19,450 nt of DNA from the NCBI GenBank assembly GCA_045106895.1, contig JBGCFM010000127.1, positions 1 through 19,450 of the forward strand, read 5' to 3'. Below the pieces are notes generated by a model, which was not told where the DNA came from, ran no database searches, and worked only from the letters and a program-made list of their open reading frames with translations. Positions 7,433 to 14,799 of the stretch are shown here, piece after piece (position 1 is the first letter of the stretch; each line of letters opens with the position of its first letter). Position numbers and translations under genes: made by a program. Source of the stretch: Polyangiales bacterium (GTDB taxonomy: Bacteria > Myxococcota_A > Polyangia > Polyangiales > Houyiibacteriaceae).

Positions 7433-8527
7433 TCAGCGCGAGGAAGCACGATCTCGAACGAGCGTTGCACGGCGAACCACGCTTGGCGCGGGCTCGAAGG
7501 TGAGCTCCGCCATGGCATCGTGCTGAGACGCTGGGAGCCAGTAGACGAGGCGATGCACGGCCGCGGGGACGGCGAAGTAGCCGCCGCGTCCGACGAGCCC
7601 AGGTGTGTCGCCGTTCACTCCGTTGCCAAGACCGATGGTCTCTTCCCCGACGCCACCGCCTCCGCGGCCGGTGCCTTGAAGCCCCAGCGTTCCACCCTGT
7701 GTGCCGAAGAGCTCATCGTACCAAGCGCGTCCAAAGGCCTGCGCTTCTTCTTCTGTGAGCCCATGTTCGAGGAGCTCGGCGTGCATCGACGCTCTCGGGT
7801 CCGTAGGCGCAGCGCCTTCGAGGTTGACGGTCTCGCCCGGCGCCGGCCAGTCGACGATGGCGCGGACTTCTTGGTCGACCATGTACCAGACCTTGCCGAG
7901 TGTTTCGGCGGCGTCGGCGGAGCGGATCGCCGTAGCGCTACCCGCATCGACGTTGAGGGTGAGCGGCAGCGGCGGACGGCTCTCGCCTGGGACGCCGCGG
8001 TAGAAGAGCAGCGGCCACTCGGCGTCGCCGATGTGAAAACATGAGTGGTCCGGGGTCTCGTACTCCGCGAGCTCCGCCGTCTCGCAGTAGCCGTCTTGAG
8101 TCACGGGGCACTCTTCCGCCGTGGGGTACGTGCGCTCTGCAGTGCAGGCTTCTCGCGCTAGGTGACCCTCCCAGTGAATGGTCCGGCCGCTCCCTTCGGC
8201 GGGCGGATAGTGCTCGCCAAGAAGAAAGCTCCGCAGGTTGACGCCTACGCGCGCGTCGAAGTCCGGCGAGCCTTCGGCGAGGTGAAAGTAGAGGACGGGT
8301 TTGCCGAAGCCTTGCATTCCCAAGTCTTGAATGAGGTCCGGCTGACCAGGTCCCGCGGCGAGCTCCGCGCCCTCTTCGGCGACGTTGATGAGCCCCCACT
8401 CGTGGACTTCGTAGTCGGGCGCTGGCGCCTCCGGGGTCTCGTTCGACGTGCTAGGCGTCTGTGGGGCCGGCTCTTGATGGCAAGACGAGCAGCCTGCCAG
8501 GAGGAGAAGAATGAGGGAGGTGCGCAT
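7433..8527 (-). CDS. Lipoprotein of an uncharacterised family (HEWG / KPVLYF / FYRG motifs)
   Basis: Lipobox MRTSLILLLLAGC, Pro-rich linker, then VHEWG, KPVLYFH, EHYP, LLFYRG, GLTEEEAQAFGRAW and LVYWLP..PAP..RA.LVR. GAAGGA lies before ATG 8527. Confidence 0.85.
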   Translation of the reverse strand: MRTSLILLLLAGCSSCHQEPAPQTPSTSNETPEAPAPDYEVHEWGLINVAEEGAELAAGPGQPDLIQDLGMQGFGKPVLYFHLAEGSPDFDARVGVNLRSFLLGEHYPPAEGSGRTIHWEGHLAREACTAERTYPTAEECPVTQDGYCETAELAEYETPDHSCFHIGDAEWPLLFYRGVPGESRPPLPLTLNVDAGSATAIRSADAAETLGKVWYMVDQEVRAIVDWPAPGETVNLEGAAPTDPRASMHAELLEHGLTEEEAQAFGRAWYDELFGTQGGTLGLQGTGRGGGGVGEETIGLGNGVNGDTPGLVGRGGYFAVPAAVHRLVYWLPASQHDAMAELTFEPAPSVVRRATLVRDRASSR

Positions 8528-8604
8528 GGGAGTCCTTCGGGGCAACGTATCGCCCTGACAACGTATGCCGAAGGAAGTTCCCCGAGCCTTGCGTCTTCCT
8601 CGCC

Positions 8605-10182
8605 TTACGTGCGCAGCATGGCCGCGGCGCGGAGGCCGATCATCATGCTCGGCGCGTTGAGCGCGGCGACGGGCGTGACCGGCATGAGCGAGGCGTCGGC
8701 GACACGGAGCCCTTCCGTTCCGCGAACCCGCAGCGTGTCCGGGTCTACCGGCGCGCGGGAGTCCGCGCCCATTCGGCAGGTGCCGGCGTAGTGGTAGGTG
8801 GTCATCAGGTTTGAGCGAACCCAGCTCTCGAGGGCCTTCTTGGAGCGGCCCAACGGCCCGGGAAAGAGCTCGCCGCCTTGATACTCGGACAGGGCCTGCG
8901 CCGCGGCGGTGCGACGGGCTAGCTCCACGCCGCGGACCATGGTCTCGAGGTCGCCAACATTGCGCAGATAACCGGGGTCGATGCGCGGCAGCTCCTCGGG
9001 GTCCGTCGACGCGATGCGCAGGTTCCCGCGGCTCTCGGGCTTGCCGAGGATCACGACGATTCCCCAGAGCTTCTCGACGAAACGCTGAACGCCGCCGGCA
9101 CGGAAACCTTTGCCGATGCCGCGCATGAGCGCCTGCCTGGCAGCGTCCATGCGGTACGCCGGCTCGGGCATCACCATCGTCGGAACAATGCGCATCATGC
9201 CTTCGCGCAGGCTCGAGCGCGCCGGATAGAAGACGTAACAGGTGTCTGACTGGCCTTCGGGAAGCGACGACTCAGGGCGCGCGCGGTGAAAACCGTAGAG
9301 CTGCGGGTAGTGGCAGTCGACCTCGCGCTTGCCGCGGAAGAAGAGCTGTACATTGGGGTGGTCGTGGAGGTTCTCGCCGACGAGGGGGTGGTCGACGACG
9401 GGCTTGATGCCGAGGGACTGAAGCATGCCCGCGGGGCCAACGCCGGAGCGCTGGAGAATGGCCGGCGTCGCGAGGGTGCCGGCGCACAGAACGACCTCGT
9501 CCGCCGTGGCTAGGTGCGCTTCGTTCTTACGCCGGTAGTACACGCCGCGGCAGCGCGTTCCTTCGAACTCCAGGCGGTCCGCGAGAGCGCCGGTCTCGAT
9601 GGTGAGCTTCTCGCGAAGTCCTCGGAGAAACGCGACATAGCTGCTGCGTCGCTCTCCGTTGCGGGAGCTCATCGCTTCGTAACCGAGGACGCCGCTGAGG
9701 TCGCCGTCGTTGAGGTCCTCGGAGCGCCGGAAGCTGCTCTGCTCCGCCGCCGTGACCGCGGCTTCGCTCCACTCCGTGGGGGGCTTTGGTTCGGGCTGAA
9801 GCTTCTTCTCCAGCGCATCGAAGATCGGCGCGACGTCGTCCCAGCGCCAGCCCTCGGGCCACTCGTCGTAGTCCTGCGCCGCGCCGCGTGTGTAGACCAT
9901 CGCGTTGATGCTGCCGCTGCCACCGAGCCCGCGGCCGGTTCCGGCAAAGAGGCGCCGGTTGCCCCAGCGCGAGTCGCGTGTCGTGAAACGGTGCCAGAGC
10001 AGCGCGTCGTCGGTGAAGGCTTCTTTGTAGCCATCGGAGCGCAACGTCGCCGGGTGGCGCTCCGTGTCCGGTCCACCCTCGAGGAGCAGGACGTTCTGTC
10101 CATCACGGCACGCTTCGGCGGCGACGATGCAGCCAGCGCTGCCGCCACCAACGACGATGAGATCGTAGTGCTTCTTAGTCAT
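8605..10182 (-). CDS. GMC family FAD-dependent oxidoreductase (choline/alcohol dehydrogenase-like)
   Basis: VGGGSAG, GRGLGGSGSINAMVYTRG, VGENLHDH, PESRG, TTYHYAGTCRMG (catalytic His) and LRVADASLMP..N. RBS AGGAG. Substrate not assignable. Confidence 0.95.
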   Translation of the reverse strand: MTKKHYDLIVVGGGSAGCIVAAEACRDGQNVLLLEGGPDTERHPATLRSDGYKEAFTDDALLWHRFTTRDSRWGNRRLFAGTGRGLGGSGSINAMVYTRGAAQDYDEWPEGWRWDDVAPIFDALEKKLQPEPKPPTEWSEAAVTAAEQSSFRRSEDLNDGDLSGVLGYEAMSSRNGERRSSYVAFLRGLREKLTIETGALADRLEFEGTRCRGVYYRRKNEAHLATADEVVLCAGTLATPAILQRSGVGPAGMLQSLGIKPVVDHPLVGENLHDHPNVQLFFRGKREVDCHYPQLYGFHRARPESSLPEGQSDTCYVFYPARSSLREGMMRIVPTMVMPEPAYRMDAARQALMRGIGKGFRAGGVQRFVEKLWGIVVILGKPESRGNLRIASTDPEELPRIDPGYLRNVGDLETMVRGVELARRTAAAQALSEYQGGELFPGPLGRSKKALESWVRSNLMTTYHYAGTCRMGADSRAPVDPDTLRVRGTEGLRVADASLMPVTPVAALNAPSMMIGLRAAAMLRT

Positions 10183-10219
10183 GGCCAGCTCCTATGCGTA
10201 ACGACGGCGCTCAGTACGA

Positions 10220-11812
10220 CTAGCGGAATCGGCTCGTTGCGCCTCGAAGCAGGTCCGCGGCGCCGGCGAGTTTGCCGCGTACGCCGGCTCCATAGATGAC
10301 GCGAATCACGCCCTTGGCGACGTCGTAGTCTCCCTTGCCCACGGGGAAGATCTTCGCCGGGATGTGGAGCGCGATGCGGTCTTCGAGGACGGCCTTCTGG
10401 TTGGTGCAGGCGCGCAGTCCTTCGCGGCCATTGAGGCGGCCAAAGCCCGAGCCCTTTTCGCCGCCGAAGGGCAGGTCCTGAACCATGTAGGTCAGACCGT
10501 AGTCGTTGATGGAAACGCTGCCGCTGACGATGCGGTCGGCGATCTTCTTGGCGCGGCGAGCGTCCTTGCTGAGCACGGTCAGCGAGAGCGCGTACTGCGT
10601 TCCATTGGCCACGGACACGGCGTCATCGTCGCCCTTCACGCGGCACACGCACATGATGGGACCGAAGGTCTCTTCGTGCATGATCTTCATGTCCGGCGTG
10701 CAGTCGACGAGGACCGTGGGCTGGAAGAAGTTGCCCTGGGAGCTTCCTCGCTTGCCGCCAACGACGGCGCGAGCGCCCTTTCGAATGGCGTCGTCCACGA
10801 GGTACTCGACGATGTCGAGCTGCTGTGGCGTCACGAGGGCGCCGACGTCGACGGTGCCTGGCTCGCTGTCCGAAGGCACGCCCTGGCGAAGCTGGCCGGC
10901 GAGGGTTTCGATGCGGCGCACGAAGGCGTCGTAGACCTTTGTGTGCACCAGAGTGCGCTCCGCGGCGAGGCAGTTTTGCCCCGCGGCGATGTAGGAGCCG
11001 GCGAGGGCTGCGTGGGCGGCTTGTTCGAGGTCCGCGTCGTCGCAGACGATCATCGCGTCCTTGCCGCCGAGCTCCAAGATCACCGGCGTGATGCTCTGGG
11101 CGCTCTCGGCGATGACCTTGCGGCCGTTGCCCATGGAGCCCGTGAAGACGATGAGGTCGACGCCGGCGCCAACCAACGCCGCGCCGGTCTCGGCGTAGCC
11201 ATTCACCAGCGTGACGAGGTCGCGTGGAAGACCGAAGTGGTCGAAGGTCTCGTCGAAGATCCACTGAATACGCGCGGCGGAGTACGCGACGTGCTCGCTC
11301 ACTTTGACGATGCACGCGTTGCCCGCGAAGAGCGCTGGGATGACCGGTCCGAGGACGTTCTGGAGCGGGTAGTTCCAAGGAGCGACGACGCCGATGACGC
11401 CGCGCGGATGAAACTCGATGCTCGCCTTCTTGTGAGGGAAGACGCCGCTGGAGACGCGCTCTGGCTTCAGGTGCTTTTCGCCGTGGCGGATGGTCCAGCG
11501 CATCTTCTCGCTGACGGTCCAGATCTCGCCCATCATCGCGTTCTCGCGCGTCTTGCCAGCGTCGCGGACAACGAGGTCACACAGCTCATCGGCGTGATCG
11601 AGGATGTGCTGTTGAATGCGCCGAAGAACAGCGCGCCGCTTGCTGAACGAGGTGTCGGCCCAAACCATTTGCGCGTCGCGCGCTCGGGCGACGACTTCGG
11701 CAACCGCCGCGGCGTCGTCGATGCGGACCTCGCCGAGAGCTTCGCCGCTCGCTGGGTTCACGCATGGAATGGTCGTTGAGGAATCGCTCTTAGGGCTGAG
11801 GCTGGTCTCCAT
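10220..11812 (-). CDS. NAD(P)-dependent aldehyde dehydrogenase, ALDH15/22 (Msc7/ALDH22A1)-like
   Basis: PWNYP, KVSE, FTGS, LELGGKD (catalytic Glu), AGQNC (catalytic Cys), EETFGP and LPFGG. Subfamily-like segments are GEIWTVSEKMRW..GEKHLKPE and GREGLRAC..KAVLEDR. Confidence 0.95.
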   Translation of the reverse strand: METSLSPKSDSSTTIPCVNPASGEALGEVRIDDAAAVAEVVARARDAQMVWADTSFSKRRAVLRRIQQHILDHADELCDLVVRDAGKTRENAMMGEIWTVSEKMRWTIRHGEKHLKPERVSSGVFPHKKASIEFHPRGVIGVVAPWNYPLQNVLGPVIPALFAGNACIVKVSEHVAYSAARIQWIFDETFDHFGLPRDLVTLVNGYAETGAALVGAGVDLIVFTGSMGNGRKVIAESAQSITPVILELGGKDAMIVCDDADLEQAAHAALAGSYIAAGQNCLAAERTLVHTKVYDAFVRRIETLAGQLRQGVPSDSEPGTVDVGALVTPQQLDIVEYLVDDAIRKGARAVVGGKRGSSQGNFFQPTVLVDCTPDMKIMHEETFGPIMCVCRVKGDDDAVSVANGTQYALSLTVLSKDARRAKKIADRIVSGSVSINDYGLTYMVQDLPFGGEKGSGFGRLNGREGLRACTNQKAVLEDRIALHIPAKIFPVGKGDYDVAKGVIRVIYGAGVRGKLAGAADLLRGATSRFR

Positions 11813-11885
11813 GCGGGGACGCTAGCTCTCACATGTCATTCGGGCAATCTGCGGCGGGCGCAATCCACCGATGATAGACTGCACC
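11813..11885. promoter_or_regulatory. 73-bp divergent promoter region, both genes apparently leaderless
   Basis: Minus strand: TAGCGT-N6-ATG (ALDH). Plus strand: TG-A-TAGACT-N5-ATG (11886). Neither start has a Shine-Dalgarno. Confidence 0.55.
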
Positions 11886-14252
11886 ATGCGCATTTTGGGG
11901 GCGGGCCTGGTGTTGTTATGTGGGTGCGGACTAGTCCTGGACCTCGATCCACCTGACATGGACGCGGGAACGCCGCCCGATACCGGCGGACTCGATGCCC
12001 GCGTGGATGCGAGGTTCCCGGACGCGAATCTCCCGGACGCGAATCTCCCGGACGGAGAGGTGGAGGACGTGTTCATCGTCGACGCCGGATTCCCCGACGT
12101 GCCGATGGAGTGCAAAGCCGCGTCCGACTGCGTAGTACTCGACCCGGACTGCATCTACGAATGCGACCGGGGGCGCTGCGTGGAGAGGGACGACGACGGC
12201 GATGGGTTTTGCGATGACCCGGACTGCGAGACCGGCGACATCGCCTACCTCAGCTCCCCCGCTTCGTGCCCGACGCGTGCCCTCGACATCTGCGTCGATG
12301 AAACCTGGCAGACACAGGAGTTCTCAGAAGCCGAGTCCTGCGGCGGCCGGGATGACGATTGTGATGACGCTATCGATGAAGACCTGAGCATCCAGTGCGG
12401 CATCGGCGAATGCGCCGGCGAGCGAGGTTGCGGCGCGGAGTGCGTGGGCCACGGTGACGGCCTCGACGCTTGCACCGCCGGGAGCGGCCTAGGCCTCGAC
12501 GACGACTGCGATGGCCGAGTGGACGAAGACTGCGAAGCGGTAGACTGCATCGGCATCATCCCCGGCGAGGTGGTGACCGTGTCGAGCGGGGTCACCTACT
12601 GTCTGGATGTTGGAGACTGCACCGCCCCTGTGGAGTTTCCCGTTCGTGGCGCGACTCTCTCGGACGTCCGCATCTACGGCGATATGCAGTTGGATGAGGA
12701 CTTGGGCGCTTACGTCCCGTGCCCTGTGGATGATCGCTCCGCGCCACCGCTGGCACTGGTGAGTCTCGGGGGACCTGTGCAAATCGATGGTGCGGTGCAA
12801 ATTTCCAACGCGCGCTTTCGGCCGGCTGCGACGCTTTCCGGAACCACGATTGGCGTCGCCAGCGGCGGCCTGTTCCGCGGCGACCACATCGAAATCGCGG
12901 GCGGCGAGACGACGGCGTTACGCGTTGATTCAGGCGGAGAGGCCATCTTGAGCGACGTGAGCATCACGTCGAGCTCCTCCACGCACACCATCGACTCCGC
13001 TGGGCGATTGGTGATCGAGTCGAGTTGCCCGAACACAAGCCCCCGAGAAGCGTGTGTTGGAGTGTCCGACGGCGTGCTGACGGGCGCTATCACTAAAGCG
13101 AACCCCGGCGGCAGCGTCATTCACCTGAGCGGTCGTAGCGCGTCACTTCAAATGACGTCGGTGCGCGTCGTCGGCGCAGAGAGCACGGCGATTTGGGCCG
13201 AAGACATCGGTGATATCGAGGTCTCCGACTCGGTGATCATCGCCAGTCCGTCACTCTCCCCTGAACGCCGCCATGAGACCGTCGCTCTTCAAGGATGCAC
13301 CCAAGGCGCTTTTCGCGACACCATCATTCGCAACCTAGGAGACTCTTCGAGCACGGACCCGCACTATGGGGTGCATGCGCGGAGGTGCCCGGTGCGTTTC
13401 TCGGCACCGAACATTGAGCTCGGCCCTCACATCGTCGGGACCACCGGCGCCTCTGGTGGCGCCGTGGGTGTCTCTTGTGGCGCAGCGTGCAGCTTTGAAC
13501 AGATCCACGTGGCTGGTTTCGGCGTGGCGGCATCTGTGGCCGGCATGGCAGAGGGCATTGGCGTCGAGTGTGGGACGGGATGCACCATCGTGGACTCGAC
13601 CATTCGTGCCAATGCAAACGTCAACGCCGCAGCGGTGGCCACCGGCGTTCGTATCGGCGGCGGCACCGTTCTCCGCTCCCGCATCGGCGCCGGCAATGCG
13701 ATGGTGGCCACGGGATTGCGTGCGCTCAGCCCAAGCGCTCGAGGCCGCGTGCATGTCCAGGACAGCCTTGTGGTCGGCTACATTCCAGGTGCTGGCGGGA
13801 CGGCGATCGAAGCCTTCGAAGGCCGTGGCGTGCTCCTTGAGCCGATGTCGAATTTTTCTGCGCTGCACTCGACCCTCGCCGCGCGGGCGATGACCCGTTT
13901 CGCCGTGGCTGGGCTATGCCACGCCCTCGAGGCGCAGGCGGACACGCAAGTCCGTCTCTCGTCGTCCGTTCTTTGGGCCCCTTGTGCGGACGGCTACAGC
14001 TACGCCGGCGGTCCGGAGAGTGTGACCCTCATGGATGGCGTCGGCGTCGACTCAGCCGGCGCGTCGCTCCTCGCCGCCAGCTCAGTGGCCAACCCAGATG
14101 TCCCCCTCCCCTTCATTCTCGTAGCCGATCCAGGGTTCACCGCCGACTACGTCGCACCTCTGCCCAGCGGAGCTTCGGAGATGATCACCGAAAGAGACGT
14201 CGACGGGTCCGAGCGCGGCGGGACGTCGTACATCGGCGCCTACGACGACTAA
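11886..14252 (+). CDS. Large surface lipoprotein: acidic linker, Cys/Asp-rich putative metal-binding repeats, probable beta-helix, C-terminal D-x-DG-x-x-R..IGAY motif
   Basis: Lipobox LCGC and a DAG/PDAN linker. ESCGGRDDDCDDAIDE and GLDDDCDGRVDEDC resemble the PF11617/MopE-related motif. Gly/Val/Ile-rich beta repeats follow. The C-terminus ERDVDGSERGGTSYIGAYDD resembles the choice-of-anchor Q ending. Confidence 0.88.
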   Translation: MRILGAGLVLLCGCGLVLDLDPPDMDAGTPPDTGGLDARVDARFPDANLPDANLPDGEVEDVFIVDAGFPDVPMECKAASDCVVLDPDCIYECDRGRCVERDDDGDGFCDDPDCETGDIAYLSSPASCPTRALDICVDETWQTQEFSEAESCGGRDDDCDDAIDEDLSIQCGIGECAGERGCGAECVGHGDGLDACTAGSGLGLDDDCDGRVDEDCEAVDCIGIIPGEVVTVSSGVTYCLDVGDCTAPVEFPVRGATLSDVRIYGDMQLDEDLGAYVPCPVDDRSAPPLALVSLGGPVQIDGAVQISNARFRPAATLSGTTIGVASGGLFRGDHIEIAGGETTALRVDSGGEAILSDVSITSSSSTHTIDSAGRLVIESSCPNTSPREACVGVSDGVLTGAITKANPGGSVIHLSGRSASLQMTSVRVVGAESTAIWAEDIGDIEVSDSVIIASPSLSPERRHETVALQGCTQGAFRDTIIRNLGDSSSTDPHYGVHARRCPVRFSAPNIELGPHIVGTTGASGGAVGVSCGAACSFEQIHVAGFGVAASVAGMAEGIGVECGTGCTIVDSTIRANANVNAAAVATGVRIGGGTVLRSRIGAGNAMVATGLRALSPSARGRVHVQDSLVVGYIPGAGGTAIEAFEGRGVLLEPMSNFSALHSTLAARAMTRFAVAGLCHALEAQADTQVRLSSSVLWAPCADGYSYAGGPESVTLMDGVGVDSAGASLLAASSVANPDVPLPFILVADPGFTADYVAPLPSGASEMITERDVDGSERGGTSYIGAYDD
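12016..12054 (+). repeat. In-frame 15-bp tandem repeat TCCCGGACGCGAATC x2.6
   Basis: Perfect copies at 12016-12030 and 12031-12045 plus a partial third, encoding (F/L)PDAN in the linker. Confidence 0.9.
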
Positions 14253-14316
14253 CGCAGTCTGCGCTGGTGCTGTTCAGAATCGCAGAGCCTCGTCGTTCTC
14301 GTGGTACGATGTGCGT

Positions 14317-14799
14317 GTGGAACCCAGTTCGAACGGTGCGCATATGAAAGTTGCGACCGCCGACCACAATCACGCCGTTGGTCACACGGAGCGAGTGCTC
14401 TTCACCATGTGGCGTCGCGACACCACGCTAGACGCCGTCCGCGGGCTGGCGGCCGTTACCCAGCAGTTGAGTCGGCTCGGAACCGGCAGTCTGACCATTG
14501 TCGAGGGCGGCGCTTCCTTGCCCAGCTCCAAAGCGCGTACAGAGCTGGCGAGTGCGCTGCGTGCCGAGCGAACGATGCTCTGCTCTGCGCTGGTCTTTGA
14601 GGGAGACGGTTTTCGCGCCGCCGCCGTCCGCGCGATCACCACGGGCATCTACCAGCTCGCGAAGCCTCCCTTTCCTATCCGTGTGTTCGCCAACGTGATG
14701 GAGGCCGCCGAGTGGATGGAGAGCTTCCCTCTGAACGTGAAAGCAAGTCAGGTTGTCGCGTCCGTCAACAAGCTTCGGAGCGCCCTCGACGCGCTGTAG
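14317..14799 (+). CDS. STAS/SEC14 (SpoIIAA-like) fold hypothetical protein of the type expanded in myxobacteria
   Basis: Pattern LTIVE..LP..AR..ALVFEGDGFRAAAVRAITTG..PFPIRVF....EAAEW. Start uncertain: GTG 14317 (6 nt after the extended -10 TGGTACGAT) or ATG 14344. Confidence 0.8.
   Translation: MEPSSNGAHMKVATADHNHAVGHTERVLFTMWRRDTTLDAVRGLAAVTQQLSRLGTGSLTIVEGGASLPSSKARTELASALRAERTMLCSALVFEGDGFRAAAVRAITTGIYQLAKPPFPIRVFANVMEAAEWMESFPLNVKASQVVASVNKLRSALDAL

Noticed and set aside
10364..11779. 471-aa antisense ORF over the ALDH, and similarly 15026-16495 over MMPL and 9514-10299 over GMC
   Set aside because: These are shadow ORFs. The opposite strand carries the recognisable families.
8605..11812. 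Calling the pair betA/betB (glycine betaine synthesis)
   Set aside because: The ALDH has ALDH15/22-like rather than BetB features, no betI/betT is nearby, and GMC specificity cannot be read from sequence.
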